A DNA stretch of 64,000 bases from Candidatus Saccharimonadota bacterium (GCA_046350735.1 JAXLZU010000001.1:384967-448966), one strand, 5' to 3'; positions 9,767 through 20,064 are shown, counted from the first letter of the stretch. A program made the numbers and translations. Notes: generated by a model from the sequence alone, not told the origin.

Positions 9767-10541
9767 TTCTCGACTCTTAGCAGTTATAGCTGTTGGTTTA
9801 ATTGCATTACCTACTGGTCTTATTAATCCTCTGTCGGCCAGTGCTGCTAATACCGAAGCTATTCCTCCGGCTGCATTATTTTGCGCTAGTATTAATACAA
9901 TCGGTACAAGAATAGAATCTCAGCTTGGCACCGTTACCCAACAGTCGCTACCAACTTTATACAACCCCACTACTTTTGCGGCGCGTCAAGCAAGTATCCA
10001 AACTGAGTTGGCACAAAAACGTGCAGGGTGGGATGGCGAAAGAGACCAGCACTATAACAAGATGTTGTCATTGGCACAAAATGATGCCCAAAAGACTGCT
10101 ATCGAGAATTTCAAAACTAATGTCGAAGCCGCAATAGTTGTGAGACGCAGTAGTGTAGACAACGCAATAGCTGCATATTTTAGCAACACAGGCGACAATC
10201 TAAGCGCCGAGTCTGCCCAGTTAGTAGCAGCACGACAGGAGTTTGTATCTACAGTTAAAAATGCAATTAGCACTGCCAAAACCGATTGTCTTACCAATAG
10301 GTCTACGAGCGAGATACGCTCGACTTTTCAGACAAATATTGAGACCGCTCGCTCAAAATTACAGTCTACCAGAGAGAGTATAAGCGAGTTTAAAAGTCAG
10401 CTTACAACAATACGCAAAGAAGAAGCACGTAGTATTAATGAGGCAGTAATGGTTTTTGAGACAAGTTTGAGCAAAGCCCGGCAAACCCTTGTAGAAGAAC
10501 TCAAAAAATCAGGCGCCAACACAAGCCAATTCGATATTTAG
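9753..10541 (+). CDS. Secreted alpha-helical hypothetical protein
   Basis: Signal peptide ending ASA-A, two Cys, long helical A/Q/K-rich body; overlaps the upstream gene. Confidence 0.7.
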   Translation: MKNFSSRLLAVIAVGLIALPTGLINPLSASAANTEAIPPAALFCASINTIGTRIESQLGTVTQQSLPTLYNPTTFAARQASIQTELAQKRAGWDGERDQHYNKMLSLAQNDAQKTAIENFKTNVEAAIVVRRSSVDNAIAAYFSNTGDNLSAESAQLVAARQEFVSTVKNAISTAKTDCLTNRSTSEIRSTFQTNIETARSKLQSTRESISEFKSQLTTIRKEEARSINEAVMVFETSLSKARQTLVEELKKSGANTSQFDI

Positions 10542-10589
10542 CCGTGTTTTGGTCGGCAAATTTTTTGCTTTTAGGTTACAATATAAGAT

Positions 10590-11153
10590 ATGAAGAACCG
10601 AATTATTATTGGAATAGCCGGTCACCCCTCTGGAGGCAAAGACACAGTCGCTCATTATTTAGTTAAGAAATATAAGTTTGTGCATATTTCTACTAGTGAT
10701 ATTTTGCGCAATTATATTAAGGAGCATCAGCTTGGCGATCTTAGTCGAGAAAACATGAACATGGTAGTTACAGGGCTTCGCGAGCAATTTGGAACTGATT
10801 TTTTGGTGCGAGATATCCTAGAAACAAACAATGACGAACGACTGGTACTAAGTGGACTGCGCAGCAGTGGTGAGGCAAAGGCAATTACTGCTGTTGGCGG
10901 TATACTTGTAGCTGTAGATGCGAGTCTAAAGGTACGCTATAAGCGAGCTTTGCAGCGTGGTCGTATAGGTGAAAATATTAGTTTCGATGAGTTTGTAAAA
11001 GAGCAAGAAAAAGAAGATAACCCTACTAATCCAAATGCACCTAGTGTGGCAGCGGTGACGTCGGTGGCTCAAGAACATATTGATAATTCTAGTACGCGTG
11101 CTCATACCTATACTCAGGTTGATTCTCTCATGAAGCGGCTAAATATTTCTTAA
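10590..11153 (+). CDS. P-loop nucleotide kinase (dephospho-CoA/NMP kinase-like)
   Basis: IIGIAGHPSGGKDT Walker A, STSDILR, GLR..E, R..R...RGR lid. Confidence 0.8.
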   Translation: MKNRIIIGIAGHPSGGKDTVAHYLVKKYKFVHISTSDILRNYIKEHQLGDLSRENMNMVVTGLREQFGTDFLVRDILETNNDERLVLSGLRSSGEAKAITAVGGILVAVDASLKVRYKRALQRGRIGENISFDEFVKEQEKEDNPTNPNAPSVAAVTSVAQEHIDNSSTRAHTYTQVDSLMKRLNIS

Positions 11154-11206
11154 AACCCACCTATTACTTGCTTCTAAAGTGCTAATGGTTATACTTAGTA
11201 GTAAGT

Positions 11207-12526
11207 ATGAAACCCCAATCTAATTCAATATTACGTATTTATGGCATCTTTATTGTGGTATCGGTGATTTGTCTTGGGGGAATGGTAGCTGGTTATGTTT
11301 GGCAAAATCATCTTATTTTTTGGTTGTCATTATTATTTTTCTCTACTCTTGGTATTGTACGAATACTAATAGTTATTCATTCATTGCAGACAAAAAGCCT
11401 AACCCAAGAACATCGCAATCAGAACCTCACTAATGATCAGGCACAACTCCAAGCGCTCATTAATAGTCTTGGCGAGGCTATACTGGCAGTCAACACAAAA
11501 AGTGAAATTACTTTGTATAATTCTGCAGCACTCGAGCTAATAGATTCCCATACTGAATTAAAAGATAAAAAACTCAGTTCAGTTTTTCAGCTAGTAGACA
11601 ATGCCAGTCAACCAGTTGATGTGCTTGGTTCGGTTATTCAGGCTGGTAAAATTATTGTGCGAGATGATCTCTGTATATTGCGCGCCAAGAGCAATTCAGT
11701 AGAAGTATATATAATGGTAACTCCTATTAATAAAAATGGTGAGATAGTTGGTGCGATTGTTTTGGCGCGTGATATTACACAACAAAAGTCTCTACAAGCA
11801 CAAAAAGATGAGTTTTTAAGTGTGGTAAGTCACGAATTACGTACACCAGTCGCAATTGTAGAGGCCGACCTTTCTACGGTGTTATTACCAGGGTATACCG
11901 ACTTGCCAGAAAAGGCCAAAAAGCTACTTCATTCAGCATCCCAGAACATCACATACCTTTCTGGGTTGTTACAGGATATTTCTGATCTGTCCCACGCCGA
12001 ACGTCATATGCTAGATGTAGAACTGCAAAGTGTCGATACACAAAAACTTGCTAAAGATCTGGCTGACGATTTTTCTGCTAGAGCCCAAAAAGCTCAACTA
12101 GACTTTAAGCTCGATATCGAGCCAAATACACCTTCTATTGTTAGTTCTGGTCAAAGAATTACTGAGATCTTAGTTAACTTCTTAACGAATGCACTGAAAT
12201 ATAGTAGCGGGGTGGGCAAAACAGTTACATTACATCTTGCTCCTTCTTCGAATAAACCTGGTGGTGTTGTATTTGAGGTGAGGGATGGAGGACTAGGTAT
12301 CTCAGAGGCAGATCAGGTCAAATTGTTTACAAAATTCTTTCGATCGAGTAACCAAGCAGTACAGGCTATAAAAGGAACAGGTATGGGGCTCTATATTACT
12401 TCTCAGCAAGCTAAAAAAATTGGTGGTGATATACATCTGAGTAGTAAGCTTGGAAAAGGTAGTGCTTTTTACTTAGAGTTACCCAGCAAAGTCCCAGCAA
12501 ATCTAATTACCAAGACAACTAGCTAA
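11207..12526 (+). CDS. PAS-domain sensor histidine kinase
   Basis: Two TMs, PAS domain, SHELRTP (H box), NALKY, DGGLGI, GTGMGL. Confidence 0.92.
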   Translation: MKPQSNSILRIYGIFIVVSVICLGGMVAGYVWQNHLIFWLSLLFFSTLGIVRILIVIHSLQTKSLTQEHRNQNLTNDQAQLQALINSLGEAILAVNTKSEITLYNSAALELIDSHTELKDKKLSSVFQLVDNASQPVDVLGSVIQAGKIIVRDDLCILRAKSNSVEVYIMVTPINKNGEIVGAIVLARDITQQKSLQAQKDEFLSVVSHELRTPVAIVEADLSTVLLPGYTDLPEKAKKLLHSASQNITYLSGLLQDISDLSHAERHMLDVELQSVDTQKLAKDLADDFSARAQKAQLDFKLDIEPNTPSIVSSGQRITEILVNFLTNALKYSSGVGKTVTLHLAPSSNKPGGVVFEVRDGGLGISEADQVKLFTKFFRSSNQAVQAIKGTGMGLYITSQQAKKIGGDIHLSSKLGKGSAFYLELPSKVPANLITKTTS

Positions 12527-14538
12527 AATGCTTCAGTTCTATTTTGCCAGCGGGGTTTTAAAAGTTCGTATTCTATCATCGAGCCGAAGAGCAATAGCAA
12601 TTCTATGCTACAGCCGAGTGGGAAGAGCAGAGTAGATACAATGCTTTGTCGTGATGAGATAGTAATAATAAGACGATTAATATAACTCAGCAAGACGGCA
12701 GCAGCAAGAATAAATATACCCTCGTACATACCAAATACTAGGAGTATTATTAGTATGAGCGTAGGTAGAACAAATGCTATAAAACCACCCAAGAGAAGAC
12801 TTACGGTGAGTGGCATAGAGAAATGTAGTGCAGGATAAAAGCGCCTTAGATTGCCAGTAACAATTAGTCGGGTGCTGGCGTGGTTTTGGCTGGTTGCTAC
12901 GTCAGAACCAAGGTAGAAACCTGTTTCTAATCCTTTCATCTTAGCGGCTGCTGCCAAATCGAAGTCTTCAAGTGGGCTTTTGCGCACCAACGAGAATCCA
13001 CCCATTGCTTCAACACTCGTGCGTAAAAAAGCAACAAGGCTCGAGCTGGCATTAGCTACTTTGGGGTGTGTTCGAGCGAGAAGTGCTGAAGGGTAGGCCC
13101 CAAGCATAAAGAAGTGATTCTGACTTAATATAAGCTGTTGGCCAAGACTCTTATTCTGATCCGCGGGTAATACTGATACTAGACTTTTCTTTTGTTCGTT
13201 AATGAGCCCAACCAATATAGATAAGGCTTTTGGTAGAAGTACAGTATCTGCCGAGATAAATACCACTACATCGCCACTGGCTCGTGCCAGTAATGCTTCG
13301 GCAGCCCAAGCATGTATTGTCCAGCCTGGTTTGCGTGGTGGAATATCAATAATTTGCAGGCGAGGGTCTTGAAAGCCATGAACTATCTTGGCGGTGTTAT
13401 CGCTCGAGCCAAGATCTGCCATAATAATTTCAAAGTTAGGATACTCTTGGCCAACCGCAGCTAGTAAGGTAGAAGAAATATTATCGGCTTGATTATATGT
13501 GTAGGCGAGAATTGATACCATCGGTAGCTCGGTGTGGGGTTTGGTTTTTGGCCGACGAAATTTTACTAAGTTATACATTGTTAATACAAACTGTAGAACA
13601 AAAAGACATAACAAGAACCCACCAAAGATTGTTATATACTTACTACTCACATTAAATGGATCATAAACGTATAGCAGTAACTGTGCTAAGAAGAATCCAA
13701 CTAGAATATTTAGCCACATAAAATTTTTCCAAGCCCTTCTAAATTGTGCACTATGTGCATCAGAACGAAACTTATAAAAATAACTCATATTAAGAGCGTA
13801 GAGCGAGAGAAATAGTGCAGCAACCACACCATAAGGAAAGTACGCAATAGCCACAATTGTGCAGCTTAAAACATACAGCCAAAAACTATAACGGGTAGTT
13901 TTGCGAGCACCCATAACTGTTGCAATCGAGGCAATATTGGCTGCTCTATCTGGCTTAATATCTTGAATAGAACCCATTGCCTGTGATGCCATGCCCCATA
14001 ACATAAATGCGACTATTGCCGGCCAATACATATTGGTAGTATTGCCATAAAGCAAACCAAATAGTAATGGACTTACAAAATGAAGCGCTGAGTTAATAGA
14101 GTCTAAAAATGGAATTTCTTTAAATCGAAATGGCTTGGCAGAATATGTAAAGCAAAACAGAACAGTAAGCCCTAACATTATTCGGGCAATATTACTGCTT
14201 GTATATAGTAAATACCCAAGAAAGGGAATGTTTGCCGCTGCAATTACTAGCCAAAGTGCTTGATGTTTTTTCTTATCTACAAGGCCACCTTCTACAGAGT
14301 TTTTGCGAGGGTTTTTTACATCAGACTCATAATCATAAATATCATTTATTCCATATAAGAGAAGATTATATGCAAATAAGAAATACAATGTTCCAAGTAT
14401 AAATTCTAAGTTGATTGTTCTCGCAGCCAAAAGATATCCCACCACAAATGGTGCAGCAGTGTTTATCCAGCTAACCGGTCGGCTAGTGGCAAATATCTCA
14501 CGAATACTAAGTTGGGAATTATTTTTTTCGGTTGTCAT
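12523..14538 (-). CDS. crtEb: Lycopene elongase (CrtEb-like UbiA prenyltransferase) fused to a GT2-like domain
   Basis: SRPVSWINTAAPF, YGINDIYDYESD..NPRK, YSAKPFRFKEIPFLDS and QDIKPDRAA motifs; C-terminal half has GT2 features (VSIL, YPNFEII, SSDNT, PGW, LED). ORF track start is 14556; in-frame ATG at 14538. Confidence 0.8.
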   Translation of the reverse strand: MTTEKNNSQLSIREIFATSRPVSWINTAAPFVVGYLLAARTINLEFILGTLYFLFAYNLLLYGINDIYDYESDVKNPRKNSVEGGLVDKKKHQALWLVIAAANIPFLGYLLYTSSNIARIMLGLTVLFCFTYSAKPFRFKEIPFLDSINSALHFVSPLLFGLLYGNTTNMYWPAIVAFMLWGMASQAMGSIQDIKPDRAANIASIATVMGARKTTRYSFWLYVLSCTIVAIAYFPYGVVAALFLSLYALNMSYFYKFRSDAHSAQFRRAWKNFMWLNILVGFFLAQLLLYVYDPFNVSSKYITIFGGFLLCLFVLQFVLTMYNLVKFRRPKTKPHTELPMVSILAYTYNQADNISSTLLAAVGQEYPNFEIIMADLGSSDNTAKIVHGFQDPRLQIIDIPPRKPGWTIHAWAAEALLARASGDVVVFISADTVLLPKALSILVGLINEQKKSLVSVLPADQNKSLGQQLILSQNHFFMLGAYPSALLARTHPKVANASSSLVAFLRTSVEAMGGFSLVRKSPLEDFDLAAAAKMKGLETGFYLGSDVATSQNHASTRLIVTGNLRRFYPALHFSMPLTVSLLLGGFIAFVLPTLILIILLVFGMYEGIFILAAAVLLSYINRLIITISSRQSIVSTLLFPLGCSIELLLLFGSMIEYELLKPRWQNRTEAF

Positions 14539-14824
14539 TATGTATAAATCTCTCAAATAAGGCTGGGCCTAGCAAAACCACAACGAGCAAATAGCCAAAA
14601 TCTTCGATTGGTATTGAGCCAATATGTATACCCAAAACCAAGTTCTTATTATACTCCACTATTGGCAGAGCGGTGAGATAACCGTCAAAAACCAGCATGG
14701 CAAGAGTAAGAGGTATTAACATGAGTAAAATAGTTTTACGAATTGGTAGTCTGAGTCTGAAGATAGAGAGTATCACAACTGCTACGAGTAAAAGCACCAA
14801 AATGAGGCCGATGTATCTAAGCAT
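14519..14824 (-). CDS. Lycopene/C50 carotenoid cyclase subunit (CrtYf/CrtYh-like)
   Basis: Small membrane protein with FDGYLT and GSIPIEDFGY cyclase motif. Confidence 0.8.
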   Translation of the reverse strand: MLRYIGLILVLLLVAVVILSIFRLRLPIRKTILLMLIPLTLAMLVFDGYLTALPIVEYNKNLVLGIHIGSIPIEDFGYLLVVVLLGPALFERFIHNDNRKK

Positions 14825-15152
14825 TTTTCTGCCCGCCCTGTGGGTTAATAAGTCTGTAGACAATCAGTGTTACATAGCTGAGCAAAAACAGAAAAACGAA
14901 CTCTTCTATAGGTAGGTTTGGGGAGAAAATATGTAGTCCGGTAACATACCGTTGATTAGTAAAAAAAATCCCTAGTCTTATCCCAGCTAAATCTGCTAAT
15001 AGTAAAATAGCCATTAGGCAAGCAATGGTTTTTATAGCTGCTCTAGGCTGATAGAAAAATACAAGTTTTAGATAGGCATCGGCTAGTAATAGGCCGCTAA
15101 TTCCAACAAGCAAAACAAACAAGTAAAACCAATGCGAATAGACGATAATCAT
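14817..15152 (-). CDS. Lycopene/C50 carotenoid cyclase subunit (CrtYe/CrtYg-like)
   Basis: DLAGIRLGIF and PNLPIEEFVFL cyclase motif; coupled to the second subunit. Confidence 0.8.
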   Translation of the reverse strand: MIIVYSHWFYLFVLLVGISGLLLADAYLKLVFFYQPRAAIKTIACLMAILLLADLAGIRLGIFFTNQRYVTGLHIFSPNLPIEEFVFLFLLSYVTLIVYRLINPQGGQKNA

Positions 15153-15206
15153 ATAAGTAATTATACTCTAACCCCAACACTGTGATAGTCGTGTTATGAT
15201 AATTAA

Positions 15207-16694
15207 ATGAAAAAATCAGTCATTATTATAGGTGGTGGAATAGGTGGACTTTGTACGGCAGCGCGTCTGCTGAAGAATGGCTATGAGGTTACTATCTATG
15301 AAAAAGAAGATAAGGTTGGTGGCCGTGCTCATAGAATAGAAAAAAATGGCTATACTTTTGATACTGGACCAACACTGTTAATGATGACCGATGTACTCTA
15401 CGATACATTCTCATATTGTGGTAAAAATTTTGACGATTATATTACGCTCTTACAGCTAGAGCCGAATTACCGCGTAGCCTTTGGCGATAAAAGCAAGATT
15501 ACCGTTAGTAGCAACTTGCCAAAATTTCAGGCAGAACTTGCTAAGTTCGACCCTAAAGCACCAGAACAATTTTTGCGTTTCTTCTCCGATATTGCAGAGA
15601 TGTATCGTATCTCTCGAGCCGACTTTATCGATAAAAATTTTAATTACATAACTGATTTTCTCAATTTGCGCTCTGGTACTCAGTTATTGAGAAAACGAGG
15701 CCTAACCAAACTGTATCCATTTGTTTCGCGTTATTTTGACGATGAGCGTTTGCGTCAGTTATTTAGTTTTCAGAGTATGTATTTGGGCGTTAGCCCGTAC
15801 GAGGCCCCAGCAATTTACTCTATTGTTAGTTATATGGAGACGGGTCTTGGTATCTGGTATCCAAAAGGTGGTATGTACTCACTTAGCCTCGCCTTACAAA
15901 AGCTAGTAAAAGATCTGGGTGGCAAAATACGGCTTGGCACACCAGTCAAAAAAGTGTGTATAGAAGATAAAAAAGCTACAGGTGTAGAGTTAGAAACAGG
16001 CAGAACTCATAAAGCCAATATTGTAATAGCCAATGCCGATCTAGTATATGCGTATAAAAACCTTATTCCAGCAGAGAAGCGCAAAAAAATGCCAAATGCT
16101 CGGCTTGATAGCTACAAACAAGCTAGTTCGGCATTGCTATTTTATTGGGGAGTAGACGATGAGTGTAAAGATATGTTGCATCATAATGTGTATCTTTGCA
16201 AAGACTTTGAGGCCAACCTAGAACAAATCCTTACTAGCAAGAAGCTGCCTAAAGACCCATCATTTTACACATATATACCTACCAAGACAGACCCTAGTTT
16301 AGCCCCCAAAGGTAAGCAAGTATTTTATGTCTTAGTGCCGGTACCAAACCTAGAAGGCAAGAATAATTGGCAAAAGGGAATTAAAAAAATTCGAGAACAA
16401 GTCTTGGCTCGATTAAAAAGTGAATTTAATTTAGATATAGCACACAAAATAACCACAGAGACTATTTTTACCCCACAAGACTTTGCAGATAAATTTAACC
16501 TTACAAACGGTTCGGCATTTGGGTTGAGCCACCACTTCTTTCAGTCGGGTGCATTTCGGCCACACAACTATAGTAAAGAAATAGCCAATATGTACTTCGT
16601 GGGTGCCAGTACGTATCCAGGTGGTGGTATTCCTATGGTTACACTTAGTGCCAAGCTTGTAACGGAGAGAATTCTAGGCGATAATGGTCATTAA
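15207..16694 (+). CDS. crtI: Phytoene desaturase
   Basis: IIGGGIGG FAD motif, GYTFDTGPT, YPKGGM, GSAFGL, YFVGASTYPGGGIP. Confidence 0.92.
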   Translation: MKKSVIIIGGGIGGLCTAARLLKNGYEVTIYEKEDKVGGRAHRIEKNGYTFDTGPTLLMMTDVLYDTFSYCGKNFDDYITLLQLEPNYRVAFGDKSKITVSSNLPKFQAELAKFDPKAPEQFLRFFSDIAEMYRISRADFIDKNFNYITDFLNLRSGTQLLRKRGLTKLYPFVSRYFDDERLRQLFSFQSMYLGVSPYEAPAIYSIVSYMETGLGIWYPKGGMYSLSLALQKLVKDLGGKIRLGTPVKKVCIEDKKATGVELETGRTHKANIVIANADLVYAYKNLIPAEKRKKMPNARLDSYKQASSALLFYWGVDDECKDMLHHNVYLCKDFEANLEQILTSKKLPKDPSFYTYIPTKTDPSLAPKGKQVFYVLVPVPNLEGKNNWQKGIKKIREQVLARLKSEFNLDIAHKITTETIFTPQDFADKFNLTNGSAFGLSHHFFQSGAFRPHNYSKEIANMYFVGASTYPGGGIPMVTLSAKLVTERILGDNGH

Positions 16695-16700
16695 TAAATT

Positions 16701-17777
16701 ATGGTAGATAAAAACTTAGTTGAGTTTATTGGCTATGTCAAAACAGAGACAGACAAGCGTCTGGATGAAATTTTTGATGCCAAAATTGCTCGTGCCGGCG
16801 AGCTCGACTCTGAATACAAAAAATTACTTATCGAGACAAAGAAACAGGTGTTGCGAGGTGGTAAGCGTCTTAGACCAGCCCTTGCCGTACTTGGCTATAA
16901 AATAGCTGGTGGTAAAAAGATAGAAACTATGCTTGACACTGCAGTTGCTTTAGAAATCTTTCATAATTATCTCTTAATTCATGATGATTTTATGGATAGA
17001 GATGACAGACGACATGGAGGTCTCAATATTACTGGTGTATATAAGAAAAAACTACAAAGGGTACTTAAGCCAAGTAATCTGCAACACATCGCCGATAGCC
17101 AAGCCATCTTAGCAGGGGACATATGTTGTGGACTAAGCTATGAGGTTATTACCCAGTCTGGCTTTGGCTCTGAGGCTAAACTGCGAGCAGTGGATAGACT
17201 AAACCAAGCAGTGTTTGAGGTTGCCGCCGGCCAACAGCTTGATATTTTAGCGAGTTTTATGCAGAAGGTATCGATGCGACATATTTTAAAAATTAACTAT
17301 TATAAAACGGCAGGATACTCGGTAATAATGCCATTACAGTTTGGTGCAATTTTGGCAGGAGATGGTGCTAAGCTACATCCAATTATCGAAGAGTACGGTG
17401 AAGGGGTGGGTATTGGCTATCAGCTAGTGGATGATGTAATTGGAATGTTTGGTAGCGAGAGAGTAATTGGCAAGCCAGTAATTTCGGATTTACGCGAAGG
17501 CAAACAAACACTTCTGTATTTTTACGGTATGGCATTAAGTAACAAGAGTCAGAAAGCCTTTCTAGAAAAGTCGTTTCGCAACCCAAATGCCAATATGGCG
17601 ATGCTAAAAGAAGTTAGGGCAATTCTCGAAGATAATGGCGCCAAAGCTAAGACACTTTTACTAGCCAAATCGAAGGCAGACGAAGCTACCAAAATAGCAC
17701 CCAAGCTAACGAGCAACCCAGAGTTGCAAAAGCTTCTTATTTCGTTTGCTAACTATTGTGTAGAGCGAAAGTATTAG
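16701..17777 (+). CDS. crtE: Polyprenyl (geranylgeranyl) diphosphate synthase
   Basis: GGKRLRP, LIHDDFMDRDDRRHG (first Asp-rich motif), KTA, QLVDD, DLREGK. Confidence 0.88.
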   Translation: MVDKNLVEFIGYVKTETDKRLDEIFDAKIARAGELDSEYKKLLIETKKQVLRGGKRLRPALAVLGYKIAGGKKIETMLDTAVALEIFHNYLLIHDDFMDRDDRRHGGLNITGVYKKKLQRVLKPSNLQHIADSQAILAGDICCGLSYEVITQSGFGSEAKLRAVDRLNQAVFEVAAGQQLDILASFMQKVSMRHILKINYYKTAGYSVIMPLQFGAILAGDGAKLHPIIEEYGEGVGIGYQLVDDVIGMFGSERVIGKPVISDLREGKQTLLYFYGMALSNKSQKAFLEKSFRNPNANMAMLKEVRAILEDNGAKAKTLLLAKSKADEATKIAPKLTSNPELQKLLISFANYCVERKY

Positions 17778-17778
17778 T

Positions 17779-18618
17779 ATGGACAATCAAAAACTTTACA
17801 GTCAGCTAGCCTACCAGACCAGCGGACGAGTTACGGCTGCGTATTCTACGTCCTTTTCATTGGCTATCACGCTAGTAGACAAGTCGATGAGGGCACATAT
17901 TTATGCGGTGTATGGGCTGGTAAGACTTGCTGATGAGGTAGTGGATAGTTTTCGTCCCCATGATTCTCGCCAGCTACTTGAAAAACTCGAGCACGAGGTT
18001 TATGCAGCTTTAGAATCTGGCTATAGTACTAATCTACTGATTCACTCATTTGCCACTACTGCAAAGACCTATAATTTTGAGCTTGGTTTGATACGAGCAT
18101 TCTTTGCTAGTATGCGCATGGATATTACCAAGACTAATTATACCCAGAGAGAGTATGAAGACTACATTTATGGCTCTGCCGAAGTCATAGGGCTAATGTG
18201 TTTGCATGTCTTTACAGATAATGACAGCTCATTGTATTCACGTCTACAACCTTCTGCACGGGCATTAGGCGCGGCATTTCAAAAGATTAACTTTCTACGA
18301 GATATGGCAGCCGATCATAATCAGCTAGGACGGATGTATTTTCCGAATGTTGTATTCGACAAGATGAGCCAAAAAAACAAAAAAGATATTATTGCAGATA
18401 TCTCGAAAGATATTCGAAAAGCCAGACGTGGTCTGGTAAGCTTACCCAAAAGTAGTCGATACGCAGTATTGCTTGCACTTTATTACTATGAGGCCTTAAT
18501 TAAACAGCTTAAAAAGGCGCCTGTCGAAACAGTCAAGACAAGGCGCTTACGTATATCAAATACTCATAAGCTATGGCTATATGTCTTGGTACGAATACAA
18601 AAGACCTTCAATGTTTAA
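17779..18618 (+). CDS. crtB: Phytoene synthase
   Basis: YSTSF, RLADEVVD, YIYGSAEVIG, FQKINFLRD, GRMYFP. Confidence 0.92.
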   Translation: MDNQKLYSQLAYQTSGRVTAAYSTSFSLAITLVDKSMRAHIYAVYGLVRLADEVVDSFRPHDSRQLLEKLEHEVYAALESGYSTNLLIHSFATTAKTYNFELGLIRAFFASMRMDITKTNYTQREYEDYIYGSAEVIGLMCLHVFTDNDSSLYSRLQPSARALGAAFQKINFLRDMAADHNQLGRMYFPNVVFDKMSQKNKKDIIADISKDIRKARRGLVSLPKSSRYAVLLALYYYEALIKQLKKAPVETVKTRRLRISNTHKLWLYVLVRIQKTFNV

Positions 18619-18639
18619 AAAACGAGTATAATATTATAT

Positions 18640-20001
18640 ATGAAGAACCCCCGTTCAGAAGAAGAAATTACTGTCGATGGCATCCGTTATAATATTGCCA
18701 AAGGAAAAGTAGTAGAAGACGAAAATCTCCAACAACATGCACGTGGCCTAGATAGTATTCGCGGGCAACACCAGGTTACCGCTGAATCAGCTGGCCAGAA
18801 AAATGCGTTAGAGTCAAACCATTTACAGCAAGATGAAGCAGCTATTATTGATCTGCCCAAGCGCAAGCGTAAACGAGTAAAAAACCTAAAAAAGACCGTT
18901 GTTATAGACCCTACAATACCTAGTTATGGCAATTATTTTGCCAAGGCTCTTTTGCCGAGCGGGTTTTCGGCATCAGCCTGGATATTTAGTGTGTTGCGTG
19001 GCATTACCAGCCCACTTGCCTGGTTGTTAATAGCACTACCTATCATTATTTTGCAAACCCAAAACCTCGCTAATGAGAATATCAATCAGCTACTCGAAAA
19101 AGCACATCAACTAACCCAAAATGGCTTAGTTTTTCATGCCACAGGGCCAATCATTTTTGCTATAGTTTTTCCTGCAGCAATTATTTTTATTCGTGTAATA
19201 TGTAACGCAATTGCACTGCATTTGCGTATAACAATGCTTGCTGATCTGCCAGCTAGACTATGGCCAGCCACAAAGTTAGTGTTTCATAATAGTCTCAAGA
19301 TGTTATTACACGGCATACTACAAATATTCTTATTAGGTTTGGTAAGTATACTAGCGTTAATAACTATATTTTGGGCAATATTTATGCCTCACGGTCACAC
19401 ACTTACGGTATTCTCTCCCTATATTGTTGGGTTGGTTATTTTTATCTGGCTGGTACTACTTTGTCTATTACATGCCAAACATTGGTTGCAATCAGCAATC
19501 CTCTCAAGCAGCTTAAAAACCTCTGCAATTCAACGCCGTAGCTGGGAAGCTGTTGCTGCATATCCGCTGCGTAGCAGTATATTGGCGGCGACTAGTTTTG
19601 TATTATCATTCGGTATTATTGTGTATGGTGTCTGGGCGGCACTCAGAGCAATTAGTTGGCTCAATCGTAGCGTCGTACCATCGAACACTCGGTTTGTTCT
19701 GCTGATGAGTAGTATATTTTTGGGTGTAGTGCTGGTGGGGTACATCCAACAGACTCTTTGGAGTGCTTATGCTAGTTGGCTTAATACACAATACACACCA
19801 AGTCTGTTTGCGTTGACAAAAGAATCAGAAATTAAGCGAACCGCCTGGTGGCCTATTTGGGTATCTACCTACCTTTTTGTTATGACGCTCTCGCTTATAG
19901 CGCTTGGTATTATTTTTGTTTTACCAGTAGTTAATACTTGGGCGGTAAGTATCTCACATAAAATACCTAACAAAATTGAAATCCCTCGGTTTGATAAATA
20001 G
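18640..20001 (+). CDS. Multi-pass membrane hypothetical protein
   Basis: 453-aa ORF with a charged N-terminus and about 7 TM segments. Confidence 0.7.
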   Translation: MKNPRSEEEITVDGIRYNIAKGKVVEDENLQQHARGLDSIRGQHQVTAESAGQKNALESNHLQQDEAAIIDLPKRKRKRVKNLKKTVVIDPTIPSYGNYFAKALLPSGFSASAWIFSVLRGITSPLAWLLIALPIIILQTQNLANENINQLLEKAHQLTQNGLVFHATGPIIFAIVFPAAIIFIRVICNAIALHLRITMLADLPARLWPATKLVFHNSLKMLLHGILQIFLLGLVSILALITIFWAIFMPHGHTLTVFSPYIVGLVIFIWLVLLCLLHAKHWLQSAILSSSLKTSAIQRRSWEAVAAYPLRSSILAATSFVLSFGIIVYGVWAALRAISWLNRSVVPSNTRFVLLMSSIFLGVVLVGYIQQTLWSAYASWLNTQYTPSLFALTKESEIKRTAWWPIWVSTYLFVMTLSLIALGIIFVLPVVNTWAVSISHKIPNKIEIPRFDK

Positions 20002-20034
20002 ATTGATGTATTCTAGGCAAAAATATAAATTGGG

Positions 20035-20064
20035 TTGACAAATTACCTTACTTTGGGCTACAAT
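20035..20064 (+). promoter_or_regulatory. Sigma-70-type promoter upstream of secE
   Basis: TTGACA (20035-20040), 18 nt spacer, TACAAT (20059-20064). Confidence 0.55.
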
